From assembly GCF_963921235.1 (NCBI RefSeq), contig NC_086108.1, positions 9,858,001 through 9,922,000 on the forward strand: 64,000 nt of DNA, written 5' to 3'. Positions 51,170 to 63,100 of the stretch are shown here, one piece after another (position 1 is the stretch's first letter; each line of letters begins with the position of its first letter). The notes below the pieces were generated by a model. It did no database searches. It saw only the letters and a list, made by a program, of their open reading frames with translations, and was not told the origin of the DNA. This stretch comes from Mobula hypostoma (taxonomy: Eukaryota). Both the position numbers and the translations under genes were made by a program.

Positions 51170-52735
51170 TCACCAGAAAGGGGGGGAACCATCGTGCACT
51201 CCCGCGTCTCCTGATGATCCTTTGGTCTGAGTACCTGAAGATGACGTGTGGGCTGCCTTCAGGAGAGCGAAACCAAGGAAAGCTTGGGGTACTGGCTGAG
51301 TACTGAAGACCGGTGCCAACCAGCTGGCTGGTGTATTCATGGATATCTTCAATCTCTCACACTGGCAGTGTCGGTATCTACCTGCATCAAGCAGGCTGGA
51401 ATCGTATTGGTGCCCATGTAGAGCGTGGTAACCTGCCTAAATGACTATCGCCCAGTGGCACTTACACCCACAGTGATGAAGTGTTTTGAGAGGCTGGTGT
51501 TGAAGCCTGTCAGCTCCTGTTTGAGTGGCAACTTAGATTCATTCCAGTTTGCCTACTGAAGCAACACGTCTACAGCAGATGCTATCTCATTGGTTCTTCA
51601 CACAACCCTGGAACATCTGGACAGCAAATGTGCATACATCAGGATGCTCTTTATCGATTACAGCTTGACATTTAACACCATCATCCCCTCTAAACCCCAA
51701 GACCTGGGCCTCAATACCCCCTTGTGCAATTGGATCCTGGATTTCCTCACTTGTAGACCCCAGTCAGTTCGGATTGGCAAAAACATCTCCTCCACGATCT
51801 CCATCAGCACAGAAGCACCACAGGGATGTGTGGTTAACCCCCTGCTCTACTCACTTTACACCTACGACTGTGTGGCTAAGTACAGCTCCAACAGCATACA
51901 CAAGTTTGCTGATGACATCACTGTTGTGGGCTGTATCAAAGGGGCTGATGAATCAGCATACATGAGGGAGACTGAAAATTTAGCTGAGTGGTGTAATCTT
52001 TCTCAATCTCAATAAGACCAGGGTTGTAGACTTCAGGAGAGGGAAACCAGAGGTCCATGAGTCAGTAAACATTGGAGGATCAGAGGTGGAGCTGGTCAGT
52101 AACTTTAAATTCCTGGGTCTCTCAATCTCAGAGGACATGTCCTGGACTCATGATATAAATATAATTGCAAAGGTAGCACCACAGCACCTCGACTTCCTCA
52201 GGAGTCTGCAGAGGTTCGGCATGTCTTCAAGAACTTGGCAAACCTCTATAGATGCGTGATGGAAAGTGTGCTGACTGGCTGCATTATGGCCTGGTATGGG
52301 AACACCCATGCTTTTGAGTGGAAAATCCTACTTTTAGCAAGGAGGTACAGGAGCCTAAGGTATCATACCCAGGTTTGGAATCAGTTACTACCCCTCAACC
52401 ATCAGGCTTTTGAACCAGAGGGGATAACTTCAACTTCACTCATTCCAACACTGAACATTTCCCACAACCTTTGGACTTGTTTTCAAGAACTCTTCACGTC
52501 ATGTTCTTGATATTTATTGCTTATTAATTAATTATTATTATTTCTTTCTGTTTGTATTTGCGCAGTTTGTAGCCTTTTGCACACCGGTTGTTTGTCTGCC
52601 TTTTTATATAGCTCTTTCATTGATTCTATTGTGTTTCTTTGTATTTACTGTGAATGCCCACAGGAAAACGAATCCCAGGGTTGTACATGGTGATATGTAA
52701 GTATTTTGATAATAAATTTACTTTGAACCTTGAAC
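51170..52735 (+). mobile_element. Rex1/Babar-like LINE RT fragment with 3'UTR
   Basis: [31 protein letters not shown] and KFADD motifs, with a CTTTGAAC tail. Confidence 0.88.
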
Positions 52736-52761
52736 CAATTTTAATTCTGGTTCTCTAGTTC

Positions 52762-53840
52762 TTGGACTACAGTTCAGCATTCAACACCATAATTCTATCC
52801 AGGCTCAACAGGAAGCTCAGAGACCTTGACCTTGACCCTGCCTTGTGCAGCTGGATCCTGGACTTCCTGTCAGATCGCCGGCAGGTGGTAAGAGTGGGCT
52901 CCCTCACCTCTGCCCCTCTGACTCCCAACACAGGAGCCTCTCGGGCTGTGTACTGCGTCCCCTCCTTTACGCCCTGTATACCCATGACTGTGTCGCCACC
53001 CACAGCTCTAATCTGCTGATTAAATTTGCCGATGACACTACATTAATTGGCCTTATCTCAAACAATAATGAGGTGGCCTACAGGGAATAAGTCATCTCTC
53101 TGACACTGTGGTGTAATGAAAACAACCTCTCCCTGAATGTCACAAAAATAAAGGAGCTGGTTGTGGATTACAGGAGGAATGGAGACGGGCTAACCCCATT
53201 GACATCAATGAGAGGGTAAACAGCTTTAAGTTCCTCGGGATCCACATCACCAAGGACCTCACGTGATCTGTACACAGCAGCTGTGTGGTGAAAAAGGCAC
53301 AACAGCACCTCTTTCACCTCAGAGGTTGAAGAAGTTTGGTGTGGGCCCCCAAATCCTGAGAACTTTCTACAGGGGCATAATTGAGAGCATCCTGACTGGC
53401 TGCATCACTGCCTGGTATGGGAACTGTACCTCCCTTAATCACAGGACTCTGCAGAGAGTGGTGCGGACAGCCCAGCACATCTGTAGATGTGAACTTCCCA
53501 TAATTCAGGACATTTACAAAGACAGGTGTGTAAAAAGGGCCCGAAGGATCACAGGGGACCCGAGTCACCCCAACTGCAAACTGTTCCAGCTGCTACCATC
53601 TAGGAAATGGTATCACAGCATAAAAGCCAGGACCAACAGGCTCTGGGACAGCTTCTTCCACCAGGCCATCAGACTGATGAACTCACGCTGATTTGAGTGT
53701 ATTTCTGTGTTACATTGACTGTTCTATTTATTATAAATTATTATGATGGCACATTGCACATTTAGATGGAGACATAACGTAAAGAATTTTACTCCTCATG
53801 TACGTTAAGGATGTAAGAAATAATGTCAATTCAGTTCAAT
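52762..53840 (+). mobile_element. Second Rex1/Babar-like LINE, 5'-truncated
   Basis: DYSSAFNTI, LLYALYTHD, IKFADDTT and IESILTGCITAWYG motifs, with a TTCAA-type tail. Confidence 0.88.
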
Positions 53841-53945
53841 AGTGCTATCTCTTTGAAAACCTGAGGATGAAGATCATTGGGTTTTTAAGATTTTTTGTTT
53901 CTCATTTCATCAACTTTTCTCCTATTACTTTTCTGGCCAATTATT

Positions 53946-54826
53946 TGTTACGAGAATACACATAAAATTAAGATGTTTGCTGGCCTGGGCTAGCATCAGT
54001 GGCATCAGCAGTTGGTCTGCCACCTGCCCTCAGGGGAAGGAGAGATAAGGAACAATGGAGCAGCGTCTGGAGATGTGTAATGAAGGGATGTGGGAGGGAG
54101 AGCTGTCTGGACCGGCTCCCCCCTTTGAACCCTGAACTGTTTGAAGTGATGGACAGGCGATACCCCAGCAGGGGGATAAAAAGGGACAGGTTCGCTAAGA
54201 CAGACACACACGCCACCCGAGGTAACGAGACCCTGGAAGCGGTGCGCCTCTCACGAGTGGGTGAGAAGTGCCAGACAACGACCAGGGTGGAAAGGTACGA
54301 TCAGCGGGAACCTGGTGTGTGTCCGCCCTTGCCTGGGTGCCGGGTTCACTGCAGAGGATCGACCGCATCTGGAGGAGGGGTCACAGTCGGTGACCTCAGG
54401 TGACATCACCAAGGACCCGCCCAAAAGCTGTTTGTGAGCAATCTCGCTGGTCTGTGAGCCATCTCGCTGGTCTGTGAGTGAAGCAGTGTTCTGAATGATC
54501 AGTTGTTCCTGTTCTATCTCTCTCTTCCCCCACGTTGTCCACCGCCATGGCAACGATTACTGCGAACTGAACTACTAACTGGACTGAACTTTGAGTCATT
54601 TTGAAATTGGTCATTTACCCCTAGACAACGATAGAGCTTGATTGATGCTGTTATCTTAATGCTGTGCACATGTGTGTTTATCATCACTGAACTGTTGCAT
54701 TTATTATCCGTTCGATTACTGTGTTGCTTGTTTCTTTCATAAAACTTTCTTAGTTCTAGTACTCCAGACTCCAACTGAGTGATCCATTTCTGCTGGTTTG
54801 GCAACCCAGTTACGGGGTACGTAACA
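53946..54826 (+). mobile_element. Solo LTR (881 bp, 4-bp TSD)
   Basis: TGTTACG...CGTAACA termini. TATT TSD at 53942-53945 and 54827-54830. TATA-like GATAAAA at ~54176. Confidence 0.9.
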
Positions 54827-54934
54827 TATTGTATTCTCTTTAGTTACTCATTCTAGATTCTCTAATAGACTCATAGAGCACGACAACATAGAAATAGGTC
54901 CTTTGGCTCATTTAGTACTTCTAACAAACAGGAG

Positions 54935-55436
54935 ATATATACATACAGCTAAGGTGCCTAAGACTTTTGCACAAGTCTGTATTTGCCAGCGTGGAATGCA
55001 GAGCCAATTTGTAAATCTGGTGGGAAAAAGGATGTTAGGAGTGTGGAGCATCGTGGGAGGGGTGTGGGACTGGTGGTAGAGAAGGAGTGCCAGGGGCAGG
55101 GGGTGGTGTGGGTGCAGACACACCCAGCCCTGAGACACCAGGCAAGGTCATTTGATTCCAAACAATTGGTTTATTGATCATTACAAAATGTCCCTCTGGT
55201 GCTTCCTCTCCCTTCCCCTTTTCCCAACCATGATTCCTCTCTCCCTGCCCCCTTCCCACTCTCAGTCCACAACGGAGACCCACATCCGAATCAGGTTTAT
55301 CATCACTCACATGTCACAATATTAGCTTTTTTATGTGACAACAGTACAGTGCAAAACATAAAATTACTACAGTATTGTGCACGAGTCTTAGGCTCCCTAG
55401 CTACATATATGTACCTGAGACTTTTGCACAGTACTG
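54935..55436. mobile_element. Tc1-type MITE composite bounded by mini-MITEs
   Basis: 67-bp TIR-only palindrome at 55370-55436 (CAGTATTGTGCA...TGCACAGTACTG) and an inverted partial copy at 54935-54980. Confidence 0.65.
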
Positions 55437-55649
55437 CAGTTGTTTAATTCCTCAGCTGTTGTTTCATACCCCATTATAATCTCTCCAGCCTCTATCCGTA
55501 AGGAAGACTCCCACTTGCCATCACTATCTTTTCCGTTCAAAGCTCTTACAACCCATTTTTATGTTTCTCAACAGTCTCCTCCCATATTCCACCTTCTTTT
55601 CTTCATCCATGTCTTGGTTCTCTTTGGCTGAGTTCTAAATCGCTCCTAA

Positions 55650-57200
55650 CCCAGGTAATTGTGAGGTGTTGCACTTCAATAGGGCAAGTGCAAGGACACA
55701 GTACACAGTTAAGGGCAAGGTCCTTAACAGTGTTGCTAAGCAGACAGATCTTGGGATCCAGGTCCATAGCTCCATGAAAGTGGCTACACAGGTCGATAGG
55801 GTGGTTAAGAAGGCTTGTGGAATACTTGCTTTTATTAGTTGAGACATTGAGTTCAGATGTCAGCAGGTTATGTTGCAATGTTATAGAATTCTGGTTAGAC
55901 CACATCTGGAGAATTGCTATAAGAAGCACTATAAGAAGGATGTTGAGGCTTTAGAGAGGGTGTAGAAGAGGTTTACCAGGAAGCTGCCTGGTTTAAGGCC
56001 GATTTATACTTGTGTGTACCAGCTTATGCCGCAGCCTACGCAAGTGGGCTTCGCCGTTGTGAGCATTTATACTTGTGCTTTGCTGTGTCTGCGTCGCTCT
56101 GCGATTCACCACCGAAACGCTAGTTGGCGGTGGGGTTTCTATGCCACTGTGTTGAGTTTCTTTGTGTTGAAACTCAACACGAAGAAACTCAAACTTCAAA
56201 CAATGGCGACTGAAACTGAAGGAGGGTGAATTTTCTGTGCTTGTCCGGCCACTGAGAGACATGGACGAGGAAATGCATTTCAAATATTTTCGGATGTCGG
56301 CAGGTAGATTTGACGATTTGGTTCATCGGTTCCAACCATTTGTTTTGCATCAGTGTACGCACAGTATACTCAGAGACTGGCAATCACCATTCGAGTTTTA
56401 GATTCAGGTGGAAGTCAACAGGCTGTAGCAGCTAGCTACAAACTGGCGTCAAGCACAGGGTCCTCCATAATTTCGGAGGTCTGTAAAGCTTTATGGAAAG
56501 CATTGCAGCCAGAGTTCCTTCCCTGCCCCTCAGTTGCCCAATGGGAAGCTATTGCAGCGTAGGAGGAAATGCGATGCTACCAAGTGGACCAATCACAGTT
56601 GTTGTGGTCTGCGTTGCCGCGACGTGTAGTTACATTTTGGGAGAGGTGCGCGTTAGGATATGGCGTAGGGTTCGGCGTAGAGTACAGCGTAGTTACGCGG
56701 CTACGCTGTAACTACAGCATATATTTGACACACAAGTATAAATCAGCCTTTAGAGGGCGTGTACTGTGATGAGAGGCTGGATAAACTTGGGTTGTTTTTC
56801 CCAGAGTGTCGGAGGCTGAGGGGAGATCTGATAGAGGTTTACAGGATTATGAGAGGCACAGATAGAGTAGACAGAGAGTATCTGTTTCCCAGAGTTAAAA
56901 TGTCTAAAACCAGAGGGCATGCTTTGAAGGTGAGAGGGTAGGTTCAAAGGGGATGTGAAGGGTAAGTTTTTTACTCAGAGAGTGGTGGATGGTATGGTGG
57001 TTGAGGCAAATACATTAGAGACTTTTAAGAGACGTTTGGATAGACACATGGATGTGAGGAAAATGGAGGGATATCGACATGGTGTAGGTAGGAGGGATTA
57101 GTGTTTGGGTGTTTTTGATTTGCTTTTTAGCCGGTTTGGAACAACACTGTAGGCTGAAGGGCCTGTTCCTGTTCCTGTGCTGTACTGGTCTATGTTCTGA
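55650..57200 (+). mobile_element. CR1 LINE 3' fragment, host of the Harbinger element
   Basis: CEVLHF, DLGIQVH, RRLRGDLIEVY and SKTRGH motifs plus 3'UTR. Confidence 0.88.
55996..56749 (+). mobile_element. PIF/Harbinger internally deleted transposon
   Basis: 22-bp TIRs AGGC(C/T)GATTTATACTTGTGTGT with 21/22 match. TTA TSD at 55993-55995 and 56750-56752. Transposase N-terminal remnants [14 protein letters not shown] and [12 protein letters not shown]...ISEVCKALW. Confidence 0.92.
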
Positions 57201-57302
57201 TCGTCAGGCCTACTGTTATTTCTGGAAACTCAATAAGCCTCCTTGTTTGAGTTAATACTGGTCAGTCAGAGAGCAATCACTTTCCCTTTCGTGTTAATTT
57301 GA

Positions 57303-57585
57303 TTTATTTATTTGGTGTGATACAGTATGGAACAGGCCCTTCCAGCCCTTCGAGCCGTGCCGCCCAGCAATCCCCCGATTTATCTCTAGCATCATCAGGG
57401 GACAATTTACAATGACCTGTTAACCTACAAACCGGTACGACCTTGGACTTTGGGAGGAAACCGGAGCACCCGGAGGAAACCCACACGGTCACGGGGAGAA
57501 CATGCAAACTCTTTACAGGCAGTGGCAGGAATTGAACCCGGGTCACCTGTCCCGTAAAGTGTTGTCACTAGCTGCTACGCTACTG
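57303..57585 (-). mobile_element. V-domain tRNA SINE (HE1-like)
   Basis: Minus strand has B box GGTTCAATTCC, the V-like core AGTTTGCATGTTCTCCCCGTGACCGTGTGGGTTTCCTCCGGGTGCTCCGGTTTCCTCCC and a TAAA tail. Partial copies occur near 20580, 22850 and 33545. Confidence 0.85.
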
Positions 57586-59119
57586 CTTTTTTTGGCAATT
57601 TATAGATTATATCTTTAAATTGCATTGTGTTGCCAAAAACCTCTCTATTATATCAAATGGCTCTGGTTTTCTTTTGGAAGGATTTAAAGCTCCAGTTTGG
57701 GGCTAATTTGTATTATTTTCGGACTCTTTGCAAAACTCTGTAATATGTTACTCCTCCACGTGCTGGCACAGATGCTGGTTGTGTGAGGAGGGCTTGAAAC
57801 CCTTAAACGTGGCACAAACATCACGGTGAATTTAACAGGTAATGCCAAATGGTGTGTGCTGTGGACATTCTCAAAGCTCCCAGTGTCCTTGGTCCAAGGC
57901 TGGTCAATATGGAGCCGGCACATTTGGGGACCCAAGGGAGCCTGGTGTCTGTGGTGGGCAGAGAGCACCCTCTGAACCCAGCCCCCTCAACACAACTGGG
58001 GGTAGGGTTCTCAGCCCCTCAATCCTGACCCACAGCTGTTGTGCCCTAGGTCTCTACTCTTCCATATCATCCCCTCAATTTCCCATCGTTCAAACTTACC
58101 CCTCTTTCAAATGAACTGGCCCCCACTGTCCTCCCTCTGAGAAGAAGTTCTCAGTTTTTAAAAACTCTGCTTTTATCTTATAATTATTAATTCGAGACTC
58201 TCTCACTTGTGTAAACATACAATATCTGCCTTGTTATTACCCCAAAAGATCTAGTTTTAATAAGGTCACATCTCATTCTTCCTAATTGAAGGAATACAGA
58301 GCTGAGGTACAGCGAGGGCCCAAGAGCAAGGACAGACCCAGGGTTTGATTGATTTAAGCACTGGGCTGGATTGGAAAGGTTGGATACGGCCTGAATCGAG
58401 GTGGTGGGGCCTGGGCCTGGGCCCGAGAGCATATTGGAGTGGCAGGGCCCGGAACCGAGAGTGAGGAATGGCTCAGGGTTTGGACGATTTAAGCGGCAGG
58501 CCAGATTGAGAGGTCAGGGTGTCAAGGCCAGAGGTGAGTGACAGCCCAGTTCAGCTCACTGGTCTGGGAGGTTTACTCATCTCTGAGCTTAGACGATGCA
58601 CGACCGGCAACTAACAGACTCCTGAATTGGCTGCACTGACGCCTGGCTTGGTGAACTTCAGTTCCGAATGCTATATGCTTAATTTTATTGTTTGCATGAT
58701 TTGTTTTCTTCCCTCTGCGTATTGGGTGCTTGATAGCCTTCTTTTGTCTCTATTGGGTGTCTTTCTCTCCGGCTACCTGGAAGTGGATGAATCTCAAGGT
58801 TGTATGAAGTATACGTACTTTTAACTTTGAACTTTTTGGACAGATGTAATTTCTATAGTTGCTGGTGAAAGGATAGGCCTCTCATCCCAGTAAATGTATC
58901 CATTGCTGGCAAATCTGTCCTTGCACAACTGTTCCTGGTGCTCCAAGTGTGGACTCACCTGGAGCATGGACATGGAAACAATTCTCCCTTTTTACACCCT
59001 TGCCATAAAGGCCACCATGCTATTTGCCTTCTGATCTACGCCCTGTGCTCGGGCCTGCTAGATTTCAAAGTCAGGGACAAGGGAAGTTTATTATCAAAGT
59101 ACGTTTACTTATTTCCCTC

Positions 59120-59804
59120 ACCCCCATTCAGGGCCCCAAACAACCCTTCCAGGTGAGGCAACACTTCACCAGCGAATCTGCTGGGATCATCTATTCTGCC
59201 CCAATGTGGCTTCCTCTACATCGGTGAGACCTGTTGTAAACTAGGGTCCACTGCGCTGAGCACCTCTGCTCCATCCGCCACAAGCGGAAATTCCCAGTGG
59301 CCAAACATTTTAATTCCAATTCCTATTCCCTTTCTGACACGTCGGTCCATGGCCTCCTCTTGTGCGAAGATGAGGCCCCCCCCCCCCACCTCAGGGTAGA
59401 GGAGCAACACCTTATATTCCATCTGGGTAAACTCCAACCTGATGGCATGAGTATTGATTTCTCCTTTGGGTAAAAAAGATTCCTTCCCCTCCCCTCTTCT
59501 ATTCCCCACTCTGGCCCCTTACCTCTTCTCACCTGCCTATCACCTCACCTGGGTCCCCTCCTCCACTCCTTCCACCTATGGCCCACTCGCCCCTACTATC
59601 AGATTCTTTCTTCTCTAGGCCTTTACCTTTCCTACTCACCTAGCTTCACCTATCACCTTCCAGCTATCTTATTTCTCCTTACCCCTACTTTTTTTTATTT
59701 AGGCATCTTCCTTCTTCCTTCTCTGTCCTGAAGAAGAGTCTCAGCCCAAAACATTGGCTATTTCTTCATTTCCAAGATGCTGCCTGACCTGCTGAATTCC
59801 TACA

Positions 59805-59810
<6 letters not shown>
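59120..59810 (+). mobile_element. Penelope-like element 3' remnant (GIY-YIG plus pseudo-LTR)
   Basis: QGPKQPFQVRQHFTSESAGIIY...LYIGET...VAKHFNS...EEQHLIFHLG, followed by a pyrimidine tail and a hammerhead-like motif. Confidence 0.85.
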
Positions 59811-59847
<37 letters not shown>

Positions 59848-60199
59848 GTTACTCTGGATTTCTAGCATCTCAGGTTTCCCCCCACCATTTTCTATGTCTT
59901 GTTGCTGGGGGATGCTTTGTGTGTTGTTTCTGTGTACGTTGTTTGGGATTTCCAGCAGAATTTCGCATCTTTTTAATTTATTTTAATTCTATTTCAAGAT
60001 ATAGCACAGTAACTGGGCCTTCAGGACTGAAGCAACTGGTGTCGCACAGTTAAAGGTTTAAAGGTTTATGATATTGTCAGTTATGCATGGACAATACAAT
60101 TCCGATATTCATCTTCTCCAGATAGCCATGAAATACAGGACAACTATGGGAATTTTTGAAAGAAAAGACATCAACCCTTCCCCCTCCAGCATGAAAAAG

Positions 60200-63100
60200 A
60201 AGGAAACAAAACTCACAAAACCCAAAATCCCCCATCCACTTCCCCGCAGAAAAAACGTCACAACAGCATCAAATCCCACCCCTTCCCCACAGAAAAAACA
60301 GTCACAACAGCACCAAAACCAGCTCATTCCCCACAGAAAAAAAAGTCACGACAGCATCAAATCCCAAAACTTCCCCACAGAAAGAACGAGTCACAACAGC
60401 ATCAAAAACCAGTGGCTTCCCCGCAGAAAGTCAGTCACAACAGCATCAAATCCCACCCTTTCCACGCAGAAAAACATTACAACTGCATCAAATCGCCATC
60501 TACTTCCCCACAGAAAAAAAGGTCACAACAGCATCAAATCTCAGCCTCTTCCACGCAGAAAAAACAGTCAAAACAGCATCAAATTAAACCCCTTCCATGC
60601 AGAAGACAGTCACAACAGCATCAAATCCCCAACCCCTTCCAAGCAGAAAAATCAGTCACAACAGCATTGCATTAAACCCCTTCCACGTAGAAGACAGTCA
60701 CAACAACATCAAATCCCCAACACCTTCACAACCAAAAAACAGTCATAACAGCATCAAATACTACCACTTCCCCAGAGAAAAAACAGTCACAAAGCATCAA
60801 GTCCCCAACTACTTCCCAGCAGAAAAATCAGTCACAACAGCATCAAATCCCACCCCTTCTCCACAGAAAAGAGAGTCACAAGGGCATCAAGTCCCCAAAC
60901 CCTTCCCTGCAGAAAAAAAGGTCAGAACATCATCAAGTTACACCCCTTCCCTGCAGAGAAAACAGTCACAATTGCATTAATTCCCAACCCTTCCCCACAG
61001 GAAAAACAGTCACAACAGCAACAAATCCCAACAATTTCCACTCAGAAAAACAGTCGCAACAGCATCAAATCCCCAAATCTTCTCCGCAGAAAAAAGAGTC
61101 ACAACTGCATCAAATTCCATCCACTTCCCCAGCAGAAAAATCAGTCACAACAACATCAAATCCCTCACACCTTCCCAGCAGAAAAATCAGTCACAACAAC
61201 ATCAAATCCCTCACACCTTCCCAGCAGAAAAATCAGTCACAACAACATCAAATCCCTCACACCTTCCCAGCAGAAAAATCAGTCACAACAACATCAAATC
61301 CCTCACACCTTCCCAGCAGAAAAAAACAGTCACAACAGCATCAAATCCCTCACACCTTCCCAGCAGAAAAAACAGTCACAACAGCATCAAATCCCTCACA
61401 CCTTCCCAGCAGAAAAGACAGTCACAACAGCATCAAATCCCCCCTTCCCCACAGAAAAGAGAGGAACAAGAACATCAAATCCCTAACCCCTTCCCTGCAG
61501 GAAAAAAGGTCACAACAGCATCAAATCGCATCCCTTCCCCGCAGAAAAAACAGTCACAACAGCATCAAATCGCATCCCTTCCCCGCAGAAAAAACAGTCA
61601 CAACAGCATCAAATTCCAAACACTGCCCCGCAGAAAAATCAGTTATAACAGCATCAAATCCCCACTCCTTCCCCGCAGAAAAATCAGTCAGAACAGCATC
61701 TCAATGCACTCCGTTCCTCACAGAACAAACATTCACAACAGCAACAAATCCCCAACTACTTCCCAGCAGAAAAATCAGTCACAACAGCATCAAACTAAAC
61801 CCCTTCCAAGCAGAAGAAACAGTCACAACAGCATCAAATCCCAATCCTTTCCCACAGAAAGAACAGTCAGAACAGTATCAAATCCCATGTGTTCCCTGCA
61901 GAACATTCACAACAGTATTAAATCCTCAACCTGTCATGGTCCGGTCCGTGAATTCTAGATTCCGGTTCACAGTCCGGTCTGCCGATCCATATTCCAGGTT
62001 TTCCAGTTTTCCATTGTTCTGTTGGGTGGTTTAATTAAGGCACATGATTCTCATTTGGGCAGGCAGATAAATACCTCTGAGGACCGGGGCTTGGCTGCTT
62101 GATTGTTTCTGTCAAAGCCCCCTGTCTGAATCCCTTCTTGGCCCCTTCCTCCTGAAGCCTTGCCGTGCCTGAACCCTTGCCTCGCCTGCAACCTTTGCTT
62201 GCACCGCTGTTAAGTTCAACTGCTGGAGCAAGATAAGGAATTGTCTATTGTTGTTTTGAACTGTCTCTGTGTCCACTCCTTCGCTAGGTAGGTCCGGCCG
62301 TTTGCTGCTACCTTGAGTGGAGATCTGTCTCTCAGTCTTCTGCTATTGAGTCTTGGCCCTACATCCCGTTTCCAAGGAGGTGTCCCGGATCTGTGTTCCA
62401 TGTTCCTTTCTCCCTCGACCACCGAGGCTCTGTGCTCCTGTCTCCCTTGACCACCAAGGCTCTGCACTCCTGTCTCCCTCGACCAAGTCAAGGCTTCATG
62501 TTCTCATCCTGTCCATGTGCCTCGCCCAGCCCAGGAGTAATTCACCCAGCCTGGTGCTAGGGTTCCCTCGTCCTGTCCAGGAGTACCTTGTCCTGTCCAA
62601 GTCACGTCCAAGTACCTCGCCCTGTCCAAGTCAAGGCTTTGTGCTCTCGTCCTGTCCATGTGCCTCGTCCTGTGCAGGAGTTCCACATCCTGTTCTGTAA
62701 CCACATCCAGTTCTGTAGCCATGTCTCGTCCTAGCCTAGTTCCGGTGTCTGAGCCTGAGTAAAGAACCAGGTTCTGGGTTCTTGTCCAGTCTCTAGCTCG
62801 GAGTCCAAGCCCAGGCTCCTAGTTCTCAGTTCCTTGTCCTGGTCCCGCTTGCCTAGCCAATGTCCTAGCCCAAGACTATGTTCTTGTCCCAGCTCCTAGT
62901 CTGCATCCAGTCACGTCCCTAACTCTAGTCTCTAGTCAGGTCCTGTTCCTAGTAGTTCAGTGTCTGTCTTGCATCTGGGTCCGCTCCCAACGCCCCTCTT
63001 ATGACTCAACCCTTCCCCGCAGAAAAAAACAGTCACAACAACATCAAATCCCACTCCCTCCCCACAGAAAAAAGTCACAACAGCATCAACTCCCTCACAC

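Noticed and set aside
56160..56562. Domesticated HARBI1-like host gene
   Set aside because: A frameshifted fragment enclosed by TIRs and a TSD, with no catalytic domain.
60068..60980. Lys/Ser/His-rich ORFs
   Set aside because: They are translations of the A/C-rich 46-bp satellite.
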